A stretch of 64,000 nucleotides of DNA from Candidatus Bathyarchaeota archaeon (GCA_963720565.1 CAVRFW010000007.1:56404-120403); one strand, 5' to 3'; shown: positions 10,185-20,687, counted from the first letter of the stretch. The notes: generated by a model not told the origin, from the sequence alone. Translations and numbers: made by a program.

Positions 10185-10597
10185 ACGTCTGCCCCCATCA
10201 CGGATTAACGCGTGAATTAATAAGAATTCTCTTTTTGCCAGCAAGTCGCATACTTTTAGATTTCGTTGTTTCTCGCACGCGCAAGGTTAGTTGCAGATAC
10301 AAACTACGGGAAAAAACATCGCGTACGCTACGCTTGTAGCCATACCGAGGTAAGAGGCAATAGATGGTCTATAGAAAAAAGGTCGTCTTAAGCACTGAAG
10401 GTCATGAGGGACTGGTGTTTCAACTTTGCCCTCTTTTAGCGCACGCCTTTTTCCTTCAAATATCAGCTGGAAAGGCTTTGCTGGATGTATTTACTTATTC
10501 TCGACCTCTTGCTTACGGGAATTAGATAGTAGTTTCAGATTGTTAAGAACATATTAATCTGGCGACATAGCAAAGAATTATTTGAGGTAAAGACGGA

Positions 10598-10801
10598 ATG
10601 CCAATAGTTCAAGTTTCTGTTTGGGAAGGAATGACTCTTGAGAACAAGAAGAAAACTGTTGAAGGGATAACCAAGGTTTTTGTAGATTTAGGGGTTCCTA
10701 AGGAAGCAGTTGAGATCGTTATTTATGAAGCTCCGAAGAGAAATTGGGCAACGGGTGGACAATTGCATTCAGAAAGACACGCAAGTACGCCCTCGCTGTA
10801 A
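10598..10801 (+). CDS. 4-oxalocrotonate tautomerase family protein
   Basis: N-terminal Pro (MPIVQV), WATGG, 67 aa. Confidence 0.9.
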   Translation: MPIVQVSVWEGMTLENKKKTVEGITKVFVDLGVPKEAVEIVIYEAPKRNWATGGQLHSERHASTPSL

Positions 10802-10985
10802 ACTTCCCTGAAGTTTCTGCCGGATTATTCTGTTATTTTCTTTTCCGTAAAAATTTCTTGTGTAGCGAGTAATAAGTCTATTGAGAAAGAAACCGCTCAA
10901 TAGTTGTGGTTGTAGTTGAGCATCCACAAACTTTTAAGTTGTCAGAAGGCGTGAATTGTTAAGTAGAGCGTTTGTGAGGTGAGAA

Positions 10986-11252
10986 ATGTTGATTTTTGTT
11001 AATCTAGGGAGATTCCGTAAGAAACCTGACAAGGCAACGGCTGGTGACTCCGCCAAGATTGTTGAAGAGTTCAAGAAGAAGGGAGTGAATGTGCTGAACT
11101 GGTATTGGACATTGGGTCGCTACGATACTGTGTTCATATTTGAAGCTGCGAGTGAAAAAGAAGCGTTGAAAACTGCGACTGATATTTCGGAGTGGGTATC
11201 GAGCGAAACTCTCGTCGCCATACCGAGGCAAGAGGCAATTAGCCTGCTGTAG
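10986..11252 (+). CDS. GYD domain protein
   Basis: YWTLGRYDTVFIFEA and SETLVA motifs; GAGGTGA RBS. Confidence 0.85.
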   Translation: MLIFVNLGRFRKKPDKATAGDSAKIVEEFKKKGVNVLNWYWTLGRYDTVFIFEAASEKEALKTATDISEWVSSETLVAIPRQEAISLL

Positions 11253-11352
11253 GGTTTTGCACGTGCAGCATGCTTAGCGGCGTTAGTTCTTTGCTGTGTT
11301 TGATAGTACGCCTATTCTTGTGGAAAGAGTTACTTTCCTTTTTCTGTGTATT

Positions 11353-11493
11353 CTACAACGCCCAGTTGTTTGTAGAAATCCAAGAAGTTCCATGTTTTTC
11401 GACTTCGGCTTTGAGGTCTACGCCCAGCTTCTCAGCTTCAAGTTTCAACTCTTTCTTGACCCTTACGGATAAGACCCTAGTCACACGCTTCAC
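11353..11493 (-). CDS. Small ribbon-helix-helix antitoxin-like protein (possibly truncated)
   Basis: My translation: MKRVTRVLSVRVKKELKLEAEKLGVDLKAEVEK..., resembling archaeal VapB/CcdA-like RHH proteins; not in ORF track. Confidence 0.45.
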   Translation of the reverse strand: MKRVTRVLSVRVKKELKLEAEKLGVDLKAEVEKHGTSWISTNNWAL

Positions 11494-11570
11494 TCAGTAT
11501 ACATATCGACTTTGTTGTGTACAGGCGTATGTTAGAATTATGGAGAAATAACCTAGATTCACCCAATAAG

Positions 11571-11660
11571 CTTCCTTTGTCAAGAATCCTTGACTTGAGA
11601 AAGCGGTTCCTGGGCGTGTTTAGTCAAGAAACCTTTACAAAAATCCTTTTAGCACAGAAA
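11571..11660 (+). repeat. Element A: paired GTCAAG-N4-CTTKAC palindromes + promoter-like AAAAAYCCTTTTAG
   Basis: GTCAAG-AATC-CTTGAC (11579-11594) and GTCAAG-AAAC-CTTTAC (11623-11638); recurs at about 245, 18379, 21353, 24139, 28725, 31871, 34810. Confidence 0.85.
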
Positions 11661-11686
11661 CAACCCGAATAGTATATCGAACAGAC

Positions 11687-14305
11687 ATGAGAAGAATCAT
11701 TGCAGGGCTACTTGTCCTGCTCTTCTTTATATCCTTCCTCGCCTTGCCAGCTAAGCCTGTTGCAGGAGTTGAGCCAGCTGAGAATTACTGGGTTTCAAAG
11801 GCGCCTATTGTTGATGCGAGAAGCGATTTTGGCATCGCCGTGGTCAACGGTAAAATCTACGCCATTGGGGGCCAGGGATACAACGGCGTCCTCAGTAGTA
11901 ACGAAGAGTACGATCCGGCATCAGACAAATGGATTCGCAAGCAGCCGATGCCTACACCAAGATCGGATTTCGGCATCGCCGTCTACCAGAACAAGATCTA
12001 CTGCATTGGAGGAAGAGCTTACACATATACTGATGTGAATGAAGTCTACGATCCAGCCACTGACACCTGGGAAACCAAGGCTGCATTGCCTAGTCCCGTG
12101 GACCTCCTAAGCGCCAACACCGTGAATGGCGTGATATACGTCGTAAGCGGATACTTCGACTGGGGAGCAAATATGACATCCAACATGAACCTGGCTTACG
12201 ACCCAGCAAACGATTCTTGGACGACGAAGAATTCGCCGCCTCAAAGAATTACTTCCGGCCTAACCGCAGTTGATGGCATGATATATTACGCAGGTTACAG
12301 AATGACTAACGATCCAGAATCTCCGACAGAGGAAGTAGTGGAGGCATATGATACAGAAACGGGCGGGTGGAAGATCAGACCATACCCCTTTTACAGGGTG
12401 AGAGGACCTGCAGGCGCCACAACCGGAGTACACGGTCCAAAGAAAATCTATATTTTTGACCCTGACGAAACTCACGTTTACGACCCAGCCAGTGACAGTT
12501 GGGCGATTGGCTCCCCGTTGCCCACTTCAAGAGCTAGCCCTGGAGTCGCTGTCATCGACGAAACTTTTTATGTTGTAGGAGGCAGTGAATTGCATGAAAC
12601 GTACCCGTTCTGGACGTATACGTATTTCTGGGCAAATGAAATGTACACTCCATTCTTGTTCGGAACTGTTCCAGATGTCTCGTTTGTTTCACCCAGAAAC
12701 ACGACTTATGCTGAACCAGATATATCTTTGAATGTAACCGTGAGCCAAGTCACTTCTTGGATGGGGTTTAGTCTCGACGGGCATTCAAATGTCACCCTGA
12801 CAGGGAACCGTACTGTGGTTGCGCTATCTGAGGGAGAACACTTTTTGTCGGTTTATGCAAGCAATTTTGCAGGAGACGTCATTTCACTCGCTTCGGTGCA
12901 CTTTGCTGTTGATCTTTCTCCTCCGCAAATCCTTGTTTCGTCGCCTGAGAACCGATCTTATCCCGCGACCGATGTACCACTGATTTTTATGGAAAACGAG
13001 TCTGTTGCCCGAGTAGTCTATAGCCTTGATGGGAGAGGAAACCTGACGGTTACTGGCAACACGACTTTATCAGGGTTGTCTCTCGGTCCGCATAACGTGA
13101 CAGTTCATGCTTGGGATGCCGCTGGAAATGTCGGAGCCTCGGAGACAATCAGCTTCAGTGTGGCTGAGCCTTTCCCTACGGTGCTTGTTCTTGCTGTTGC
13201 CGTTGTCGCCATTATCCTGGTTGGTGTTGGATGCCTACTCTACAAGAAACGGGGAAGAGGCAAAACCCAAATGAAGAAAACAACAATCCAAATAACGATC
13301 ATCATAGCACTCTCATTCTCATTGCTGGTTGCCACACAGTCCACGAATTCCGCAGTTGCTCAACCACGCATCGACGTAACCATCAGGACGGACGGAAGCA
13401 TTGACCCTCCAACCGCACCCATAACAAGAATAGGAAACACATACAAATTGACCAGCGACATAACAGGCAGCATAACTGTCGAGAAATTCAATATAATAGT
13501 CGACGGTGCAGGGTATAGCCTTCAAGGAAACGGAACCGGAATAGGCATACAAATTTTCAATCCCTACAATTCAACTGTCGTAAGCAGCTATGACGTTACG
13601 GTCAAGCGTCTTGCCGTTGAAGGTTTCGAAGAAGGCATCGACGTTTTCGGTTATTGGGGGAATGTGATTAGCGGAGTCTCAATCACCGAAAACAACTTGT
13701 CCAATAACGGTGTCGGCGTTCGTTTCTCAAGCTACTTCGCCTTCTCCGACAATAGAATAGTGAACAATAGAATAACAGAAAATGGCATCGGCATCAGCTT
13801 TCAAATGGCTCAGGAAGGCGGAGATGGAAAAGGCAACCTCATCAACCAAAACCTGATTGCAGATAATGATGTAGGTATGCATTTCGTTTGGATGTACTCC
13901 ATAGGCTACGAGACGAATCTAATGAACAATACGATATTCGGCAACGATTTTGTTCATAATTCTCAAAACATTCAAAACGAGCAGATGATCTTCAGCCCTG
14001 AAAGTGTCAACATCTGGGATAATGGTTCCGTTGGAAACTATTGGAGCAACTACAAAGGTGCGGACAGCGATCATGACGGAATAGGTGATACACCGTACGT
14101 TATTGACGAGCATAATCAAGATAACTGCCCGCTTATGATACCGTTTGGTGAATCTCCAACTCCAGCTCCTTCACGAGAACCTACAACAGAGCCAGAGCGT
14201 CTCCCAACAACACTAGTCATCGGTTCCGTAATTGTGGTAGTGGCTGTTCTTGGCTTGGGTTTGCTGGTTTACCTCAAGAAACGCCGGAAAGGTAAGACCC
14301 AATGA
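11687..14305 (+). CDS. Kelch-propeller + Ig surface protein (11687-~13270) read through in frame into a NosD beta-helix surface protein (13271-14305)
   Basis: Kelch repeats (KIYAIGG, YDPATDTW), internal EPFPT-TM-YKKR tail immediately followed by a second signal peptide MKKTTIQ, then NosD motifs and a second tail. Confidence 0.85.
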   Translation: MRRIIAGLLVLLFFISFLALPAKPVAGVEPAENYWVSKAPIVDARSDFGIAVVNGKIYAIGGQGYNGVLSSNEEYDPASDKWIRKQPMPTPRSDFGIAVYQNKIYCIGGRAYTYTDVNEVYDPATDTWETKAALPSPVDLLSANTVNGVIYVVSGYFDWGANMTSNMNLAYDPANDSWTTKNSPPQRITSGLTAVDGMIYYAGYRMTNDPESPTEEVVEAYDTETGGWKIRPYPFYRVRGPAGATTGVHGPKKIYIFDPDETHVYDPASDSWAIGSPLPTSRASPGVAVIDETFYVVGGSELHETYPFWTYTYFWANEMYTPFLFGTVPDVSFVSPRNTTYAEPDISLNVTVSQVTSWMGFSLDGHSNVTLTGNRTVVALSEGEHFLSVYASNFAGDVISLASVHFAVDLSPPQILVSSPENRSYPATDVPLIFMENESVARVVYSLDGRGNLTVTGNTTLSGLSLGPHNVTVHAWDAAGNVGASETISFSVAEPFPTVLVLAVAVVAIILVGVGCLLYKKRGRGKTQMKKTTIQITIIIALSFSLLVATQSTNSAVAQPRIDVTIRTDGSIDPPTAPITRIGNTYKLTSDITGSITVEKFNIIVDGAGYSLQGNGTGIGIQIFNPYNSTVVSSYDVTVKRLAVEGFEEGIDVFGYWGNVISGVSITENNLSNNGVGVRFSSYFAFSDNRIVNNRITENGIGISFQMAQEGGDGKGNLINQNLIADNDVGMHFVWMYSIGYETNLMNNTIFGNDFVHNSQNIQNEQMIFSPESVNIWDNGSVGNYWSNYKGADSDHDGIGDTPYVIDEHNQDNCPLMIPFGESPTPAPSREPTTEPERLPTTLVIGSVIVVVAVLGLGLLVYLKKRRKGKTQ

Positions 14306-15630
14306 AGAACACGGCAAAAGCGATGACCTTGATTCTGCTATGCTTTCTGGCATTTCTAGCCGCAAATGTGCAATCAGCCCATGCCATCACCATCAACAGC
14401 GACGGCACAATAACAGGCACGGACAAAATCAGACAAGAAGGAAACGTCTACACGCTAACAGACAACATAATCTACACCATTAGAGTAGGAAAAAGCAACG
14501 TCGTGATAGACGGTGCAGGCTACACTCTTGAGGGAAACGAGATAGAAGGAAACGGAGCTGGATTGCTTCTGCTTCCTGGAGCAGACAGAGTAACAATAAA
14601 GAACCTCAAAATAACGAATTTCGTAACCGGCATCCGCCTCAAAGGCACCGGAAACCTTGTTACAGACTGCACTATTTCTGACTGTTCTGCGGGCATTGAC
14701 CTTAATGAAGCCGAAGATAACACCATTTCAGACAACAGATTAATCGACACCGATGCTGGAATTGCAATTTCCTATTCTTCAAATAACATATTCAGAGACA
14801 ACAAACTCGAAAATAGCACATTATTCTTCGATGAAGGCTGGCTCAACTCAATCGATACATCAAACAACATCGATGGCAAACCCATATACTACCTAGTAAA
14901 CAAGAAGAACCTAACAATTAGTCCTGCTGATTATCCAAACATCGGATATCTTGCCCTTGTAAACTGCACCAACATGACTGTGCGAAACTTGAGACTCTCA
15001 GGAATCACTTTCTCCTTGGTCTCCACGACCAACTCAATGATAATTCATAATAGCCTAACGAACAGTTGGCACGGGCTCCAGATCCGCGATTCCTACGGCA
15101 ATGTAATAACTGAGAATTACGTGGCACACAACAAAGAGTTCGGCATTCTCATTAGTTCCACTCTCGCTAACACCATAACTGGAAACATTATTGAAAACAA
15201 CAACGTAGGAGTCTATCTTGTGGGATCATCGCAGATAATATTCCACAACAACTTCATCAACAATTCAATGCACGCGGATTCCGCTGATTGGAACCCGCTG
15301 AACTTCTTACCATTGCCGAACGGGATGCACGTGTGGGATAACGGCTATCCCTCCGGCGGCAATTACTGGAGTAGTCTCAACCCCACAGATGCTAACAGCG
15401 ACGGGATAGGCGACACGGCTTATGTGATCAATCAACTCCGAAACAACACAGACCGCTATCCGCTCACGAACCCCGTTGTTATACCAGAAATGCCTAACGG
15501 ATCAAGCGAGGCAGAACCTTTCCCAACAACATTATTCATAAGCTCCGCAATAGCAGTGACTGTGGTTGGTTTGGGTTTGCTGGTTTACCTCAAGAAACGT
15601 CATCCGAAAACAGGAGATAGGAGTCCATGA
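14302..15630 (+). CDS. NosD beta-helix surface protein with EPFPT anchor
   Basis: Signal peptide, beta-helix repeats, WDNGYPSGGNYW, DGIGDT, EPFPTTL-TM-YLKKR. Confidence 0.9.
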   Translation: MKNTAKAMTLILLCFLAFLAANVQSAHAITINSDGTITGTDKIRQEGNVYTLTDNIIYTIRVGKSNVVIDGAGYTLEGNEIEGNGAGLLLLPGADRVTIKNLKITNFVTGIRLKGTGNLVTDCTISDCSAGIDLNEAEDNTISDNRLIDTDAGIAISYSSNNIFRDNKLENSTLFFDEGWLNSIDTSNNIDGKPIYYLVNKKNLTISPADYPNIGYLALVNCTNMTVRNLRLSGITFSLVSTTNSMIIHNSLTNSWHGLQIRDSYGNVITENYVAHNKEFGILISSTLANTITGNIIENNNVGVYLVGSSQIIFHNNFINNSMHADSADWNPLNFLPLPNGMHVWDNGYPSGGNYWSSLNPTDANSDGIGDTAYVINQLRNNTDRYPLTNPVVIPEMPNGSSEAEPFPTTLFISSAIAVTVVGLGLLVYLKKRHPKTGDRSP

Positions 15631-16733
15631 AGAAAACGGCTTTAGCAATCATAATGCTTTTTTCATTGATTCCTCTCGCTCACCCGTCTACTGTAAATGC
15701 GCAAGTCGTTCATGCAACCCCTTCATTTGTTTATTCTCCGCTTACTCCAAGAGTTGGAGACGTTGTCAGTTTCGACGCTTTGTGGTGGGAACAATACTGG
15801 AACGAAAACTACGACCCACGTACCTTCTCTTACAGTTGGAGTTTTGGAGACGGCACCTTCGAAACTGGCGTTACCGTCAACCACACCTACACTAAACCAG
15901 GCACCTATGCCGTCGGCGTTACTGTAGATGATAATCTCGGGACTGGCGGCAGTAGCCAGATGGAAATAGAGGTGAGGGAACGAACACCTGTCACCGTTCA
16001 TGTTTCTTTGAGCAGTGACTCAGTCTACACTGGACAAGAAGTCACAATCAGCGGAAATCTCACCTATAATGGCACAGGCGTGCCAAATGCTTGGATTGTT
16101 CTTTCGAGCAAAACTTACATTGAGAACGCCATGTGGAATGAAATAGCGTCGGTTAAAACTGATGATAATGGCAAATACTTGACTGTCTGGAAGCCACCGC
16201 GTGGGAGTTATCAGGTTAAGGCAACATGGATGGGAAATTCTACCTATCCTGAGACAAGTGTAAGCGTTAACCTTGGTGTGAAATCGTATGGGGATTTTAT
16301 TACCGAGTTTTCTTCAAATTCAACTATTACTGGATTGAATTTTAACGCGAGTACTCGTATTCTCAGTTTTTCTGCTGAGGGTCCAAGTGGAACAAACGGT
16401 TACGTTAGGATTACTCTCGAGAAAGACCCTGAATTCGACCCTGAAGGTGTGAGTGTATTCTTAGATGGCAAGCCAATTGAATACGCCATCGCCTCGACGA
16501 GTCAATCATGGGTTTTGGATATTGCATATTCACACAGTATTCACAACTTGGTTGTGAACTTCAATGGAGCTGCAGAAGCAGACCCTTTCCCAACAACCCT
16601 ACTCATCGGCTCCGTAGTCGCAGTTGTGGCTGCTGTTGTCTGTTTGGGTTTGCTGGTTTACCTCAAGAAAACGTGGCAAGCACAAAAATGCGTGAAGATT
16701 TTATTTAAACTAAACTCTAAAGGATCCTCTTGA
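15627..16733 (+). CDS. PKD + Ig-like domain surface protein with DPFPT anchor
   Basis: YSWSFGDG...HTYTKPGTYAV PKD motif; tail probably extended by an extra A (otherwise KKRGKHKNA*). Confidence 0.88.
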   Translation: MKKTALAIIMLFSLIPLAHPSTVNAQVVHATPSFVYSPLTPRVGDVVSFDALWWEQYWNENYDPRTFSYSWSFGDGTFETGVTVNHTYTKPGTYAVGVTVDDNLGTGGSSQMEIEVRERTPVTVHVSLSSDSVYTGQEVTISGNLTYNGTGVPNAWIVLSSKTYIENAMWNEIASVKTDDNGKYLTVWKPPRGSYQVKATWMGNSTYPETSVSVNLGVKSYGDFITEFSSNSTITGLNFNASTRILSFSAEGPSGTNGYVRITLEKDPEFDPEGVSVFLDGKPIEYAIASTSQSWVLDIAYSHSIHNLVVNFNGAAEADPFPTTLLIGSVVAVVAAVVCLGLLVYLKKTWQAQKCVKILFKLNSKGSS

Positions 16734-16755
16734 CAAAGGAAGGTTTCTCAAGGTG
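16691..16755 (+). repeat. Element B copy containing the inverted core TCTTGACAAAGGAAG
   Basis: Near-identical to 38310-38375; 16728-16742 is the exact reverse complement of 11571-11585. Confidence 0.85.
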
Positions 16756-16924
16756 ATCATTGCGTTGTACGTACCTGTTAACTTGGATGTCTTTATGCAT
16801 ACGCAAATGCACCCGAACTGCCCTGCGCAAGATGGCTCCCAGGCACCGGCTGAGCTAGCAAATGACACTAAGAAGACTTCTGAAAATTACCTTTGTGGTA
16901 GAGGATTATAGTGTAGCGCACGTT

Positions 16925-17389
16925 CTAAGTGGGGAACGTACCTTGCAAACCCGTTACCAATGCATCAGTCCAAACGGGTGTAATAGCCCACCATTCGATT
17001 GGAGAACCAGCATATTCCAATCTGAAATCCAGTCCCAAAGACATCCCACCCGTGATTCCTGTAAAATCGTGAAATGCATCTATGGCATAGCCTCTGACAT
17101 AGCCTTCTGTGTTAGTGGCAATTATGTGGAGAACTGCGTTGTAAGCTATGCTTTGCCCAGTGTTGTTTACGAAACCGTAAATGTGAAGTGTATAGGGGAC
17201 GTGCGTTCTATCGTCTTCCACAGTTAAACCGTCAATAACAATTTTTGGGTTCTTGTCCGTTTCACTTTTTAAGTCAGCTATCTGTCTGTCCTTATCGGCA
17301 ATCACTGATGCGTAATAAGCTGCTAATCCGCCTGTTGTAATGATGAAGACGAGACAAGCTGCAAGTGTTATGGATATTTTTCTGTTCAA
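16925..17389 (-). CDS. Hypothetical single-pass membrane protein (start uncertain)
   Basis: N-terminal TM, short coiled coil and beta-rich domain; ORF track 16925..17485. Confidence 0.65.
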   Translation of the reverse strand: MNRKISITLAACLVFIITTGGLAAYYASVIADKDRQIADLKSETDKNPKIVIDGLTVEDDRTHVPYTLHIYGFVNNTGQSIAYNAVLHIIATNTEGYVRGYAIDAFHDFTGITGGMSLGLDFRLEYAGSPIEWWAITPVWTDALVTGLQGTFPT

Positions 17390-17471
17390 GGCTTTTCCCT
17401 CTTCAAAATCCCTGCTTAATATTGGGGGATTTATTGGTAAAAGTTTTTGCATTAAGGTGAAAGCGCGCGCA

Positions 17472-17567
17472 ATTACCTTATTCATCGGCTCCGTTATCGC
17501 TGTTGTGGCTGTTGTCTGCTTGGGTTTGCTGGTTTACTTCAAGAAATACACGCATCAGGCATCATAA
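17472..17567 (+). pseudogene. Orphan EPFPT-family anchor tail with no upstream gene body
   Basis: TLFIGSVIAVVAVVCLGLLVYFKK encoded by the conserved tail DNA, beginning directly after GCGCGCGC at 17463-17470. Confidence 0.8.
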
Positions 17568-17684
17568 TAATGGTAACGTTTCAATCAACTAACAATTGCT
17601 AAGAAAGCACTTCAATCTTTCAGAATAGTCGGAACTACAAAAAACCTTTTAGACAGCTCAAACCCTTATTCAACTGGTGAGCCG

Positions 17685-18317
17685 GTGCTCAGTTCTAGAA
17701 CGTTTCCAATACCTCTTATTGTAGCAGCACCTTCCCCTATCCCCTACATCCTCCTCTTTCTGGTAGTTCTAATCATTGCCATAGTATTGTTCGTCAAGTT
17801 TCCTTCTTTGAGAATATACCGCAAAACAAGAAACATGCTGTTTTATTCTCTTGTGACAGCAGCGCTTGTTTTAACCTTATTTCAGGCGTATGAAGCGCCC
17901 AGACGGACCGTCTACGAATACTACATCTATGGTTTCCCGAATTATTATCCCGGGAGAACTAACCAGTTTAACCTGACCTGCCAAAATCTTGAATCTGCCC
18001 CAGCCAGTTTCTACATGGTCATAAACAGCGTCAACGCCTCTTTCCCAACCCAGCCACAACTAACCTACATCCCCGTCAACAGCACCGCAATCAAGGTTCT
18101 CTTTACAGTTTCAGAAAACACGTCTCCCCTGGCCGAAGATACAGAGCCAATTTTCTTTGACATCGATGAAAACGTCATAGGCTTCTCTTTCACTGTTCAT
18201 CCACAAATAGTCACTGCTACTTTGTTTCCTGCTGGAAGCATTTATAGTGTGGATTACGTTTGGAATGGGCTGGAAAACTACTATGAATTATCCCAGTTGT
18301 ATCAGGTCATGGCATAA
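17685..18317 (+). CDS. Hypothetical membrane protein
   Basis: Two N-terminal TMs and a soluble C-terminal domain; 210-aa ORF. Confidence 0.65.
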   Translation: MLSSRTFPIPLIVAAPSPIPYILLFLVVLIIAIVLFVKFPSLRIYRKTRNMLFYSLVTAALVLTLFQAYEAPRRTVYEYYIYGFPNYYPGRTNQFNLTCQNLESAPASFYMVINSVNASFPTQPQLTYIPVNSTAIKVLFTVSENTSPLAEDTEPIFFDIDENVIGFSFTVHPQIVTATLFPAGSIYSVDYVWNGLENYYELSQLYQVMA

Positions 18318-18378
18318 ATGATGAAATTCTCATAAGAAAGCAAACGTTTTACTAAACTAACCAATTGCTGAACCTAGA

Positions 18379-18455
18379 CTTTGTCAAGAAATCTTGGCTT
18401 TGACTAGTGACAGGCGTGTTTAGTCAAGAAATCTTTGCAAAAACCCCTTTTAGCT
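18379..18455 (+). repeat. Element A copy
   Basis: CTTTGTCAAGAAATCTTGGC...TTGACTA-N14-TAGTCAAGAAATCTTTGCAAAAACCCCTTTTAG. Confidence 0.85.
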
Positions 18456-18484
18456 GAAATGAGCAAAGATTAATTGGTGCTGAT

Positions 18485-19898
18485 ATGAAAAGAACTGCAT
18501 TCGCGTTGTTGTTAATTCTAATGTTCAGCTTTTCAGCTGTGATTGTAACTTGTCAAATTGTTTCATGCGGTGCATCTTCTGCGGATGATTGGCCAATCTG
18601 TAGGCATGATGCAGCTCAGACTGGCTTTTCAAGCAGTACGGCAACAACATCGGCAGCAGTGCAATTGTGGAATTACACGATTGAGAACTAGCGCCCTATC
18701 TGCGCCTGAGTCACCTGTTGTTGTTAGCGGACGCGTGTATGTGTGTTCTGACGATTACGGTGTCTGCTGTTTTGAATCGTCTGACGGAACAAAGGTTTGG
18801 AGTTTTAAACCTGAAGCTGAAATGGATTATTACTATTCTCCAACCGTTATTGACGGGCGCGTGTATGCAGGTTCAGACAATGGGCAAGTCTACTGCATTG
18901 ATGCTTCTACTGGCAATAAATTGTGGAATTTCTCAGTTGGCTCGTATGACTTGTGGACAACCGTCGGCGTTCCAGTGAGTTCCTCAGTGAATATTGCAGA
19001 AGGCAGAGCTTATGTTGGAGCTCTGAGTGGAACCCTTTACTGTCTGGACGCAGCAAGCGGCGAGAGACTGTGGCAGTTTTCAACTGGGACACGGGAACCG
19101 GAGAATAATTACGTTTCGTATCCAACCTCACCAGCCATTTCTTCCGAAGGCTACTGCTACGTTAATAATGTAAACGGAGACATTTTCTGTCTCAACGCCA
19201 CTTCAGGCGCACTGGTTTGGAATAGCACAGTGGAAGCCGGAGTCAGTGCTGACGTGGTGGTTGACGGATTCATCTATTTTGGATCTAGTGATGGAAACGC
19301 ATACTGCTTTAACGCTTCAAGTGGAACCAAGATCTGGAACTACACAACTTGGTACAACGCTGCGGGTCCATCCCATAATTATCACTGGGGCAATACGGTT
19401 TCAGATCCTGCCGTAGCCTACGGCCACGTGTATGTTGGGTCTACCGATTTTGACGTTTTTTGTTTAGATGCCCTAACGGGTGAAGAAATTTGGAGTTTTT
19501 CAACTGGCGGAATTGTTAATCCTCCATCTGTAGCTGGAGGCTGCGTCTTCGCAGGGTCATATGATGGCAACCTCTATTGTCTGGATGCATATTCTGGGGT
19601 TGAACTTTGGCGTGTTGCAGCAGGTGTGCCTTCTCCTGTTAATGCCGGAGGCAGCGCTGGCTCTCCATCAGTAGCTGCTGGCGTAGTCTATGTTGTTGGC
19701 AATGGAGTTCTCAGTGCTTGGGGTACCTCATCTCCCAATCCACAATCAACACCCACCGCTACTCCGGAACACACACCAGAGCCTATCTCAACGGCATTGG
19801 TCATAGCTATCGTAATACTGGTTGCCATAGGTACCATAGCGTTGATAGTTGTCATAGGTGCGGGTTTGCTGGTTTATTACAAGAAACGCAAACATTGA
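18485..19898 (+). CDS. PQQ-binding-like (BamB-type) beta-propeller surface protein, split by a frameshift near 18690
   Basis: Signal peptide + DWPICRHDAAQTG in the first frame; repeated VYxGSxDGxxYCLDAxTGxxxW blades and TM-YYKKRK tail in the second frame. Confidence 0.85.
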
Positions 19899-20068
19899 GT
19901 AGAAGTTCGGGAAGATTTTAGTTAGATTGCAGTCAAGAGAAAAAAGGAATCTGTGGGAGACATATCTCCACTCCTCTGGAGTCAATTCCCACCATGTTGC
20001 ACTTGAGTAAAACCAGTATGAGTACTGAAAAGAATATTCTAGAAAAAAAATTTGTGGTGGCTGGCTTG

Positions 20069-20386
20069 TTAGTTAGTGGGAAGATTTTTTCTTAGATTTG
20101 GTTTTAGGTTTGGGTGAGGTCTTCTTTTTTGTTTTTCTCTTTGTTTTTGTCTTTGTCGGTTCTGCTTCTGGGGTCTCCACTTTTGCAGGTATAATTCAAC
20201 TTCGATAACTTGGATTGCGCCTTCTGGGCATTGTGATTCGCATGTTCTGCAGAGTATGCATTCTTCAACTCTTACTGGCACAGATTTGCCGTCTTTTATT
20301 TCGTAGACACCGACTGGGCAATTGTTAACGCAGGTTTCACATCCAGTGCATTTAGAGTCAACTATGATTTTAACCACTTTTGCCAT
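20069..20386 (-). CDS. 2x[4Fe-4S] ferredoxin with basic low-complexity tail
   Basis: CTGCETCVNNCP and CILCRTCESQCP motifs. Confidence 0.9.
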   Translation of the reverse strand: MAKVVKIIVDSKCTGCETCVNNCPVGVYEIKDGKSVPVRVEECILCRTCESQCPEGAIQVIEVELYLQKWRPQKQNRQRQKQREKQKRRPHPNLKPNLRKNLPTN

Positions 20387-20687
20387 CCCACAAGTTCCTA
20401 AGAGCACTTGTCTTAAATATTTTTTTGAGGGACACCACGTTAGTATTGTCACAGAAAAGGGGGATTGGGCAAGTGACATCCCGCCTAACAGGGGTTCAAA
20501 CCTGTCTCTCGCTTTCTTCCGTTGGCTTCCTGAAAAGGTTTAAACTGAAATTAGGAAGCACACACTAGCTCAGCCAAAACCTGAAATACAAAGAGAAAGA
20601 AAAGGAGATTGTGCGGGTAGCATCTCCGCCTAATTGGTGGTTGAGATCTCCAGCTTGCAAGTCAAAAGAATTGATAAACAAATAGCC

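Noticed and set aside
19940..20655. GGAGA...TCTCC small palindromes flanking the ferredoxin gene
   Set aside because: Short and weakly similar, and could be terminators or chance; not enough support.
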